From Patescibacteria group bacterium (lineage in GTDB: Bacteria > Pseudomonadota > Alphaproteobacteria > Micavibrionales > UBA2020), in NCBI GenBank assembly GCA_035626855.1, contig DASPMW010000109.1, positions 895-64,894 on the forward strand: a stretch of DNA of 64,000 bases, given 5' to 3'. Position numbers and translations under genes: made by a program. Within the stretch, counting starts at the first letter, position 1, and every line of letters starts with the position of its first letter. Positions 17,857-25,801 of this stretch are shown piece after piece. A model generated the notes under the pieces. That model saw only the letters and a program-made list of their open reading frames with translations, had not been told where the DNA came from and ran no database searches.

Positions 17857-19185
17857 ATGACCGGCCTCATTTCACATCCCGTATCCAGCCTCAAGGGCGT
17901 CGCGCGCGCGCCCGGGGACAAATCAATCTCGCACCGCTCGCTGATGTTCGGCGCGCTGGCGGAGGGAGAAACTGTTATCAGCGGCCTCCTGAACGGCGAG
18001 GATGTGCTGCATACCGGGCAGGCGCTGTCGGCCATGGGCGCGGAGATCCATCCGGCGACGGAGCCGGGCGGCACCTGGCGGGTGAAGGGCATTGGCGCGA
18101 CAGGCCTGAAAACCCCGCGCAACACGGTCTACCTCGGCAATAGCGGCACCTCGACGCGTCTCCTCATGGGCGTGGTCGGCGGCTATCCGATCCATGCGAC
18201 CTTCACCGGCGACGCAAGCTTGAGCAAGCGCCCGATGGGCCGCGTGATTAAGCCCCTCGCGCAGATGGGCGTGCAGTTCGAGGCATCGCATGGCGACATG
18301 CTGCCGCTTAAAATTATCGGCTCCGGGCAGCTGCGCCCGATCGAATACACGCTGCCCGTCGCATCGGCACAGGTGAAATCGGCCATCCTGTTCGCCGCGC
18401 TGCATGCGGAGGGCGAGACGACCGTTATCGAACCAGAACCGACGCGCGACCATACCGAGCGCATGCTGCGCTTCTTCGGAGCGGAAATTGAATCGCGTAA
18501 CGATAACGGCGCGAACATTATCAAGCTGAAGGGTTTACCGCGCCTGACGGGCCAGCCTGTGACCGTGCCGTCTGATCCCAGCTCCGCCGCCTTCCTGACG
18601 GTCGCGGCGCTGATAACGAAGGATTCAGACATTCTGATTCCCGGCGTTTCGGTCAATCCCCTGCGTGCGGGACTTTACGACACGCTGCGCGATATGGGCG
18701 CGGATATTGTTTTCGAAAACCAGCGCGAACTCTCCGGCGAACCTGTCGCCGATATCCGCGTCAAATCGAGCGCGCTGAAAGGCGTCACCGTGCCGAAATC
18801 CCGCGTGCCGTCGATGATCGATGAATTCCCGGTCCTCTCTGTCGCGGCATCCTTTGCCGAGGGTGACACCTATATGTCGGACCTGAAAGAGTTGCGCGTC
18901 AAGGAAAGCGACCGCCTGCTCGCGATTGCCAAAGGCTTGACCGCCTGCGGTGTGCTCGCCGATATGGGCGATGATGACCTGACGGTTCATGGCCGCGGCC
19001 AGCCCCCCGGCGGCTGCATGATCGCCGCCAATCTCGACCACCGCATCGCCATGAGCTTCCTGGTCATGGGAATGGCGACACGCGAAGCGGTGTCGATCGA
19101 CGATGCGGAGACGATGAATACCAGCTTCCCCGGCTTCGCCGCGCTGATGAACAGCCTGGGCGCAAAAATCAATCCGGCCGCTTAA
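17857..19185 (+). CDS. aroA: 3-phosphoshikimate 1-carboxyvinyltransferase (EPSP synthase)
   Basis: MTGLISHPVSSLKGVARAPGDKSISHRSLMFGALAEGET..., LGNSGTSTRLL, and RVKESDRL near the C-terminus. I prefer the ATG at 17857 to the TTG at 17839. Confidence 0.95.
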   Translation: MTGLISHPVSSLKGVARAPGDKSISHRSLMFGALAEGETVISGLLNGEDVLHTGQALSAMGAEIHPATEPGGTWRVKGIGATGLKTPRNTVYLGNSGTSTRLLMGVVGGYPIHATFTGDASLSKRPMGRVIKPLAQMGVQFEASHGDMLPLKIIGSGQLRPIEYTLPVASAQVKSAILFAALHAEGETTVIEPEPTRDHTERMLRFFGAEIESRNDNGANIIKLKGLPRLTGQPVTVPSDPSSAAFLTVAALITKDSDILIPGVSVNPLRAGLYDTLRDMGADIVFENQRELSGEPVADIRVKSSALKGVTVPKSRVPSMIDEFPVLSVAASFAEGDTYMSDLKELRVKESDRLLAIAKGLTACGVLADMGDDDLTVHGRGQPPGGCMIAANLDHRIAMSFLVMGMATREAVSIDDAETMNTSFPGFAALMNSLGAKINPAA

Positions 19186-19502
19186 AAATATTCGTGGGAT
19201 TTCTTCCCGCAATGCCGTTGAAGCACGGGGGCGTGATGCTAAATCTCTCCCTATGCATCCAACAATCGCCTTTCACAGCCAATATCATCCCCTCTGGGTC
19301 GCGACTCGGAACCGTGTAATTGCCAAGATCCTGAAATTACAGGTGTTTATTCTGGACCCCGGCACCAGCAATTATCCTCTTGATATCATTCGGGTTTTAA
19401 TGATACAAAAAGTCCTGCCCTTGATAAAGTCTTAATATTATGTTAATAATATATGAAGGTTTTATTAAAGGCGCTCACGCAGCCGACGGGGGAAATTCGA
19501 CT

Positions 19503-20255
19503 ATGTCCATTCTCACTTTCCGTAAGACGGACTTTATCCCCGACAATGCGGCACAGCAGAAAATCGTCATCGCGGTCGATGGCCCCGCCGCCTCTGGCAA
19601 GGGCACGCTTGCCAAGAAAATGGCGGAGCGCCTGGGTTACGCCCATCTCGATTCCGGTGCGCTTTACCGCGCAGTTGCCATGACCGCCCTCGAAATTGGC
19701 GCCGACTGCAATCTCTTCAGCGATGTGGAGCCGGCACTGAAGATCGTGCTGCGCAACCTCACCCCTGAGCTTCTTTCCTGCCCCGATCTTCGCACGCCCG
19801 AAGTTTCCGAAGCCGCATCAAAGGTTTCCGCTATTCCGCAGGTGCGCGACGCCCTCTTGAAGCACCAGCGCGATTTCGCCCATAATCTGCCCGCTTATGT
19901 CGGCGGCGTGGTCATTGATGGCCGCGACATTGGGACGGTCGTCTGTCCCGATGCCGATATCAAGTTTTTCGTCACCGCCTCCGTCGAGGAGCGTGCGCGC
20001 CGCCGCTATCTGGAACTGCAGAGCGAAAAGAAAGAAGCAAGCTTCGTAAAGGTCCTTGAAGACCTGAAGGCCCGCGACCACCGGGACACAACGCGCAAGG
20101 TAGCGCCGCTCGTGGCGGCCGAAGATGCCTATATCCTCGATACCACCACGCTCAGCCCGTCGCAGACGCTGGACGAGACGATTTCGGTCATCCGCTCCCG
20201 CTTCCTGTCGGATTCCGCCGAATATCCCGCCAAAGCCTCGCAAAAGGCCGTTTAA
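19503..20255 (+). CDS. cmk: Cytidylate kinase
   Basis: IVIAVDGPAASGKGTLAKKMAERLGYAHLDSGALYRAVA (P-loop), in the conserved aroA-cmk-rpsA order. I chose the ATG at 19503. Confidence 0.9.
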   Translation: MSILTFRKTDFIPDNAAQQKIVIAVDGPAASGKGTLAKKMAERLGYAHLDSGALYRAVAMTALEIGADCNLFSDVEPALKIVLRNLTPELLSCPDLRTPEVSEAASKVSAIPQVRDALLKHQRDFAHNLPAYVGGVVIDGRDIGTVVCPDADIKFFVTASVEERARRRYLELQSEKKEASFVKVLEDLKARDHRDTTRKVAPLVAAEDAYILDTTTLSPSQTLDETISVIRSRFLSDSAEYPAKASQKAV

Positions 20256-20476
20256 ACAGGCTTTTTCGTTGACTCCTGCCTCTGTCCGCCTTACTTTGCC
20301 CTCAACCGCTTGAACGGGCCCGGGTGCCGCATGGCAGCCCCTCGAGTGGATTTTAAAATTCCGGCGTGACTGGTTCCTCCGCCCTCCCCCAACAGACATG
20401 GTTTTATACCGTCCGATGGCATCGGGAGGCGACGAACGCTTAACAGCGCGCCGATCTGAAAGAGAGAAAACACCAG

Positions 20477-22279
20477 ATGGCAAAAGTAGCAGCCAGAGCA
20501 CTATCCGAAACCACCGTGAAAGAGATCACGGGCGAAGACTTCAGCTTCAAGTCCCTCCTCGACGAAAGCTTCAAGGGCGTCAAGTCCTTCGAAGGCTCCG
20601 TCGTCGAAGGCACCGTTGTCAGCATCGACAACGATTTCGTCACCCTCGATGTCGGCCTGAAATCCGAAGGCCGCATTTCGCTGCGCGAATTCGGCGTCGG
20701 CGGCAACAAGCCCGAAGTCAAAGTCGGCGACAAAGTCGAAGTTTTCGTCGAGCGCATGGAAAACAAGGATGGCGAAGCCGTCCTGTCCCGCGAAAAAGCA
20801 AAACGCGAAGAATCCTGGATCGTGCTCGAGAAGCAGCATAAAGCCAACGAGCGCGTCACCGGCACGATCTTCGGCCGCGTCAAAGGCGGCTTCACGGTTG
20901 ACCTCAACGGCGCCGTCGCGTTCCTGCCCGGCTCCCAGGTCGATATCCGCCCCGTGCGCGACATCAGCCCGCTGTTCGGCACCCCGCAGCCTTTCCTGAT
21001 CCTGAAGATGGACCGCCAGCGCGGCAACATCGTCGTGTCCCGCCGCGCGGTTCTCGAAGAATCCCGCGCAGAGGCACGCTCGGAACTGGTTTCCAACCTC
21101 AAGGAAGGCCAGGAGCTGCAAGGCGTCGTCAAGAACATCACCGATTACGGTGCGTTCATCGACCTCGGCGGCGTGGATGGCCTGCTGCACGTGACCGATA
21201 TCTCGTGGAAGCGCATCAACCACCCGTCCGAAGTGCTCTCCGTCGGCCAAACGGTCAACGTCAAGATCATCCGCTTCAACGAAGAATCCCAGCGCATCTC
21301 GCTCGGCATGAAGCAGCTCGAGGGTGATCCCTGGCAGGGCGTCGAAGGCAAGTTCAAGGTCGGCCAGCGCTACACCGGCCGCGTCACGAACATCGCCGAC
21401 TACGGCGCGTTCGTCGAACTGGGCGAAGGCATCGAAGGCCTCGTCCACGTCTCGGAAATGTCCTGGACCAAGAAAAACATCCATCCCGGCAAAATCGTTT
21501 CGACCAGCCAGGAAGTGGAAGTGCAGGTTCTCGACGTCGATCTCGCCAAGCGCCGCATCTCGCTCGGCCTGAAGCAGACGCAAGAAAACCCCTGGGGCAA
21601 ATTCGCGTCGGCGCATAAAGCCGGCGACGTCCTGGAAGGCGAAGTCCGCAACGTCACCGAGTTCGGCCTGTTCGTCGGCATCGGCGACCAGATCGACGGC
21701 ATGGTCCATATGAGCGACCTGTCGTGGAAAGACTCTGCCGAAGAAGCCATCAAGGCCTTCAAAAAAGGCGACATGGTGAAGGTGAAAGTGCTCGAGATCG
21801 ACCCCGAGAAAGAGCGCGTTTCGCTTGGCATCAAGCAGCTCGACGGCGAACAGCCGGCGGAAGAAGCGGGCATGACCGGCGTGTCCAAAGGCTCGGTCGT
21901 CACCTGCACCGTCAAGGCGATCACTACGGGCGGCATCGAAGTCACCGTGAACGACAACCTGACCGGCTTCATCAAGAAGGGCGACCTTTCCCGTGAACGC
22001 TCCGAGCAGCGCCCCGACCGTTTCGCCGTTGGCGAAAAAGTCGACGCGAAAGTGCTGAAGGTCGAGCGCGGCTCGAAGAAACTCGAGCTGTCGATCAAGC
22101 AGCGCGAAATCGACGAAGACAAGCAGGCGATGGCCGAATACGGCTCGTCTGACTCAGGCGCGTCGCTCGGCGACATCCTGGGCGCGGCCCTGCAGAAGAA
22201 AGGCGCGAAAGCGTCCGACGCTTCTGAAGAAGCCCCCAAGAAAGCCAAAAAAGCCAAGAAGGACGACACCGAAGAGTAA
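20477..22279 (+). CDS. rpsA: 30S ribosomal protein S1
   Basis: 600 aa with six S1 repeats (for example GVVKNITDYGAFIDLGGVDGLLHVTDISW, GRVTNIADYGAFVELGEGIEGLVHVSEMSW). A leader of about 220 nt precedes it. Confidence 0.95.
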   Translation: MAKVAARALSETTVKEITGEDFSFKSLLDESFKGVKSFEGSVVEGTVVSIDNDFVTLDVGLKSEGRISLREFGVGGNKPEVKVGDKVEVFVERMENKDGEAVLSREKAKREESWIVLEKQHKANERVTGTIFGRVKGGFTVDLNGAVAFLPGSQVDIRPVRDISPLFGTPQPFLILKMDRQRGNIVVSRRAVLEESRAEARSELVSNLKEGQELQGVVKNITDYGAFIDLGGVDGLLHVTDISWKRINHPSEVLSVGQTVNVKIIRFNEESQRISLGMKQLEGDPWQGVEGKFKVGQRYTGRVTNIADYGAFVELGEGIEGLVHVSEMSWTKKNIHPGKIVSTSQEVEVQVLDVDLAKRRISLGLKQTQENPWGKFASAHKAGDVLEGEVRNVTEFGLFVGIGDQIDGMVHMSDLSWKDSAEEAIKAFKKGDMVKVKVLEIDPEKERVSLGIKQLDGEQPAEEAGMTGVSKGSVVTCTVKAITTGGIEVTVNDNLTGFIKKGDLSRERSEQRPDRFAVGEKVDAKVLKVERGSKKLELSIKQREIDEDKQAMAEYGSSDSGASLGDILGAALQKKGAKASDASEEAPKKAKKAKKDDTEE

Positions 22280-22301
22280 TCTTCGACATCTTCCTGAACA
22301 A

Positions 22302-22336
22302 AACCCCGCGAGACCAATCTCGCGGGGTTTTTGTTT
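22302..22336 (+). terminator. Rho-independent terminator after rpsA
   Basis: CCCCGCGAGA-CCAA-TCTCGCGGGG hairpin (22304-22327) followed by TTTTTGTTT. Confidence 0.75.
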
Positions 22337-22420
22337 GGCGAATCAAGCGCCTGACGGTGATTCATTCCCGGTTAAACGCTTATGTAATATAATAAGGCCA
22401 GACGAAACCGGGCAGGATAT

Positions 22421-23830
22421 ATGTGGTCGCTAAAGTCACTGCTTACATGGCAACGCGATAAGCCGGACGCGGGAAAGTCGCCCGGCGTCAATGTCGATGC
22501 GCCTGTCGTCCTTGAGGCGAAATCGATGGCGGGCGCCCAGCCGCTGCTCGATTACATCAAGGGATTCGAGTGCAATTCCAACATCGCGATCGCGGCGGCA
22601 GAGGGAAAGCGCCTCGGCCCCTATTTCAACGCGCTTGGCGGCTACCTGAGCCAGGCGATCGAGCTCGACACCACGCCGCGCGCGCCCGAAGAAACCGCCG
22701 CGCTGAAGGACGCCGCGCAGCCAGAGCGCCTGCGAACCTTGTTCAACACTGTCGCGGAGAAAACACGCAACACGCTTGTATCGGATGTCGTCATCGCGCC
22801 GCTGACCGTTTTGCAAAACGGCCCCGCCGCGCATTTCTTCAAGGATCAGGACCAGTTTGCGATCGGCTATGAAACGGGCGGCCACCCGTTCAAGTTCGGC
22901 TTCCTGCAGGTCTTCGAAAACAAGCGCCCGACCGAAGGGAAAGGCAGCGTGAGCTTTCCGGTCTTCCTGCTCGATGAAGCCATGATGGACGCCGTCGCGC
23001 CGCACGCCCCCGAGGCATTGCTGCGCGGGCTGCAGAAAACCCTCGCCTTCGTGAATCACGACATGCTGCACCACCTGACGGCGCCCGTCATCAAGGGCTC
23101 GGTTGCCGCGAAAATATCACCGGACCCCGCCGCCAATGCGCTTTATTTCCCGGAGCATCCCCTGCGGCTGTGGCTGGAGCAACTACCCAAGTTCGGCGAT
23201 AACGAACTCTATGAAGAATGGGCGCAGATCAGCCATGAAGGCGCGATGCTGTCGCCCGCCAACCTTGCGCAGGTCGCGTCGCTCGACCGCGATGTAGCGC
23301 AGTTTTTTAAGGACCTCAAAACCATCGGGCAGGATATCGCCGCCGAAAAGGGCGTGCCGGCGGCGCATGAGGTTGTCGATTACTACGGCATGGTGATGGC
23401 GCATGCCCTGACCCGCGTCTTTCCCCTGCACCACCCCGTGATTGCGCGCTGCCTCGACGGCTTGCAGGCGGCCGACCCGCAGCCGGCGACGCCGGAGAAT
23501 GCCGCCGCCGACGCGGTCGGGGGAATGCGGGAAAGGCCGGATCTCGCGCTGAAAAACCTGATGCAATTGGTGACGATCAATGGCGGATTGATGCGGCTGG
23601 TCGACAATTACCGCAAGGAGGGCCTGCATATCCTGCCCGCGGAAGAAGACAAAAATCCGGACTGGAAAGGCGTCAAGCTGCTGCAGATCGCGCGGATGGC
23701 AATGGATGACGTCCACCCGCATATGCCGGAGCCGCTTAACAACAGCATGAAGGAAATGCGCGCGCAGGCGGGCCCGCAAACCGTGCGCATGTTCGGCGCA
23801 ACCGTGAAGGCTTTTACCGGCACCTGGTAA
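22421..23830 (+). CDS. Hypothetical protein (orphan, 469 aa) with C-terminal GPQTVRMF...KAFT motif
   Basis: Long ORF with coding-like codon usage and no family I recognise; His-rich patch FVNHDMLHHL. The C-terminus AQAGPQTVRMFGATVKAFTGTW resembles the tails of the four paralogs at 24151-26226. Confidence 0.55.
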   Translation: MWSLKSLLTWQRDKPDAGKSPGVNVDAPVVLEAKSMAGAQPLLDYIKGFECNSNIAIAAAEGKRLGPYFNALGGYLSQAIELDTTPRAPEETAALKDAAQPERLRTLFNTVAEKTRNTLVSDVVIAPLTVLQNGPAAHFFKDQDQFAIGYETGGHPFKFGFLQVFENKRPTEGKGSVSFPVFLLDEAMMDAVAPHAPEALLRGLQKTLAFVNHDMLHHLTAPVIKGSVAAKISPDPAANALYFPEHPLRLWLEQLPKFGDNELYEEWAQISHEGAMLSPANLAQVASLDRDVAQFFKDLKTIGQDIAAEKGVPAAHEVVDYYGMVMAHALTRVFPLHHPVIARCLDGLQAADPQPATPENAAADAVGGMRERPDLALKNLMQLVTINGGLMRLVDNYRKEGLHILPAEEDKNPDWKGVKLLQIARMAMDDVHPHMPEPLNNSMKEMRAQAGPQTVRMFGATVKAFTGTW

Positions 23831-23854
23831 TTCCCGGAACGAAAATTGCCGCCC

Positions 23855-23986
23855 GGCATTGGCTGGGCAGGGGACAAAGCTGCCTTTCCCGTGTTCAAAG
23901 ACACAGTTCAGGTCGCTTTGTTTCCAACCGTTTCGGCCCTTGTGGCCGCGAGAGAAGATCCAAGGCTCACGCCTTGGATCTTTTTC
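23855..23986 (+). ncRNA. Candidate small RNA, tandem copy 1 (conserved 5' region, 5-bp hairpin, intrinsic terminator)
   Basis: GGCATTGGCT...GTGTTCAAAG...TTTCGGCCCTTGTGGCCGCGAGAGAAGATCCAAGGCTCACGCCTTGGATCTTTTTC. The 12-bp stem AAGATCCAAGGC/GCCTTGGATCTT plus a T-run is a + strand terminator. The unit is repeated at 24018-24141. Confidence 0.4.
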
Positions 23987-24017
23987 TTTGTTCACTTGGG
24001 AACGACATGCCGCGCTG

Positions 24018-24141
24018 GGCATTGGCTATGCAGGAACCGAGAGCATATCAGTGTTCAATCACAGATATATTCTCGTTTCCGCTAGTTTCGGTCCTCGTGA
24101 CCGCGAGAGAAGATCCAAGGCTCACGCCTTGGATCTTTTTC
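24018..24141 (+). ncRNA. Candidate small RNA, tandem copy 2
   Basis: GGCATTGGCT...GTGTTCAATC...TTTCGGTCCTCGTGACCGCGAGAGAAGATCCAAGGCTCACGCCTTGGATCTTTTTC. The last 41 nt are identical to copy 1. The upstream hairpin is CGGTC/GACCG against CGGCC/GGCCG in copy 1 (a compensatory change). A possible -35/-10 pair is TTGGCT-N16-CATATC. Confidence 0.4.
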
Positions 24142-24150
24142 GCATTCGGG

Positions 24151-24612
24151 TCACGACCTGCGCGTGAATTTCGCGGTGCCGGGTCCTGAAATGGGTTGGG
24201 TGAGCTTCATGGCGGGTGGCTGGAACGGCGGTGGCGGCGGTTTTGGCGCGGCAGCATACTGCGCTGCAAGGCCTGCCAGGATATTCTGGCGGCTGCCCTC
24301 ATAGGCGGGCCGGATAAAGTTGCTCCAGCGTCTGTTCGCATCCGCGTCATTCTCCTCCAGCGCCACGCGATCGGCCTGAAAGAGCGGTGTGACGGCCGTG
24401 GAATAGGCCTCGCTGGTGGTCAGAGGTCGGCCGTCCTTTATTCCGTATGACCCCTTCTGCGCCAGACCTGCAAGGCGTTCGAGATTGGCGGCGCCCTCAT
24501 TAAACAGCGCGGCGATTCCCTTGTGTTGCGCATGCAGCGCCTGGAACTGCAGCAGGTCGCGAAAATCCTCAAGCGTATTCACCTCGTAGGATTCGAGCGG
24601 CCGGGCGGTCAT
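24151..24612 (-). CDS. Orphan paralog D (153 aa) of the four-gene small-protein array
   Basis: LERLAGLAQKGSYGIKDGRPLTTSEAY..., a Pro-rich linker, and the C-terminus PISGPGTAKFTRRS. The start overlaps the stop of the upstream paralog as ATGA (24609-24612). Confidence 0.6.
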   Translation of the reverse strand: MTARPLESYEVNTLEDFRDLLQFQALHAQHKGIAALFNEGAANLERLAGLAQKGSYGIKDGRPLTTSEAYSTAVTPLFQADRVALEENDADANRRWSNFIRPAYEGSRQNILAGLAAQYAAAPKPPPPPFQPPAMKLTQPISGPGTAKFTRRS

Positions 24613-25052
24613 GGCGTTTCCCGGCGGAAATGCGCTGTTGGCGGCGCGGGGACGGGATGCGTCAGTAGCATCGGCGCAGTCAGCGGCACAGGCAACACGC
24701 CGGGTCCATGCGCCTTCTCCAGCGCGGTCAGGATCTGGTTTTTATTACGGGCGAAATCGGTCAGCAGGCCGCGCGCAGCCTCGGCGCCGGCCTCATCCTT
24801 CTCCATCTTTGCAGCGCTGATTGCCTCTCCGATGGGAGCCTGCGCGTGGTTGTAGGCGTCGACAAGCGTGAGCGGCGTGCCGTCCTCGGCCGCGCCGAAA
24901 TCTCCCTGCCAGGCCTGGCTTTCCATGCGCCGCAGCCGGACTGCGCTTTCAGTGAAAAGCGCGCTGAGGGCGGGTGTCCGCGCATGGCGCGATTCCATCA
25001 TCACAAGCCCGGCCAGCGCTTCCAGCGAAATCAGGTTGACCGGTCCCGTCAT
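24609..25052 (-). CDS. Orphan paralog C (147 aa)
   Basis: LRRMESQAWQGDFGAAEDGTPLTLVDAY... with the C-terminus PVPAPPTAHFRRETP. There is an ATGA overlap at 25049-25052. Confidence 0.6.
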   Translation of the reverse strand: MTGPVNLISLEALAGLVMMESRHARTPALSALFTESAVRLRRMESQAWQGDFGAAEDGTPLTLVDAYNHAQAPIGEAISAAKMEKDEAGAEAARGLLTDFARNKNQILTALEKAHGPGVLPVPLTAPMLLTHPVPAPPTAHFRRETP

Positions 25053-25801
25053 GGCGCGGCCCGCTTGCGAAACTGCGCTGTTTTCGGGGCGGAAACGGGG
25101 CCCGCGGACGCCATGTTGTAAACCGGCTTGCGCGCCTTCGCCAGGAACTCGCTCGTCGCGGCGTCATGGCGCATGACGAGGTGGCTTTTCATTCTTTCGC
25201 CATCCTGCGCGAGCCATTTATTTATCTCCTGCAGGTGCAGGCCGAGGCTCCCTTCCGACATTGCGGCCGCCATGTTGAGGTTATCATAGGGCTTGAAGAT
25301 CGCGCTCCATGCTTCCGCCAGCGTCTGTTCGCGGTCGGCGACGCGACCGTAGCTGCCCTTGGCCGTCTGCCACTGCAGCTCCTGTAACCCCTCCGCCATC
25401 TTGCCGAGCGTCCCGCCTGCCACATCCTTGTCCTTGGCACGAAGCAGGTCGATAAGACCGCCCAGCCGCTTTGTCCCGGGCTCTGCGCCGGGAACCTGGC
25501 GTTTCAGCTCGTGCATGGCGTCGGAGGCGAAGGCGAGAAAGACGTCGAAGGCTTCCCGAAGCGGGCCCTTCTCGGGCAGGTCGGAAAAAGCGCTGAGCAA
25601 GGCCTGAGAATCCCTGCGCAGCGTGTCGGCGTCGAGCCTGCCTGCCGATGCGTCATCTTCCATGCGGCGCAGGGTTTGCGCCCAGCGCCGGTATTCGCCT
25701 GCACTCAGCACGCCCGGCGTGACATCTGCCGCATAGTTAAAAAGGTCGCGAAGAATGGCAACGCTGTGAAAGTCGGCATGGGTTTGCGGTTGCGCGGTCA
25801 T
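25049..25801 (-). CDS. Orphan paralog B (250 aa, internally duplicated version)
   Basis: The second half reads LQELQWQTAKGSYGRVADREQTLAEAW... and ends GPVSAPKTAQFRKRAAP. The first half (RRWAQTLRRMEDDASAGRLDADTL) resembles the same module. There is an ATGA overlap at 25798-25801. Confidence 0.6.
   Translation of the reverse strand: MTAQPQTHADFHSVAILRDLFNYAADVTPGVLSAGEYRRWAQTLRRMEDDASAGRLDADTLRRDSQALLSAFSDLPEKGPLREAFDVFLAFASDAMHELKRQVPGAEPGTKRLGGLIDLLRAKDKDVAGGTLGKMAEGLQELQWQTAKGSYGRVADREQTLAEAWSAIFKPYDNLNMAAAMSEGSLGLHLQEINKWLAQDGERMKSHLVMRHDAATSEFLAKARKPVYNMASAGPVSAPKTAQFRKRAAP

Noticed and set aside
19253-19435. 60-aa ORF in the AT-rich aroA-cmk spacer.
   Set aside because: It has no Shine-Dalgarno, its codon usage is unlike the rest of the window, and the peptide has an implausible composition. 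I kept the region as a non-coding curiosity instead.
23946-24141. Possible mini-CRISPR: a 41-nt identical repeat occurring twice, 155 bp apart.
   Set aside because: There are only two copies, and the repeat is itself a 12-bp hairpin plus T-run (a terminator). The sequence between and upstream of the copies is also homologous, so this is a tandem duplication of a larger unit. No cas genes are present and the spacing does not fit a CRISPR array.
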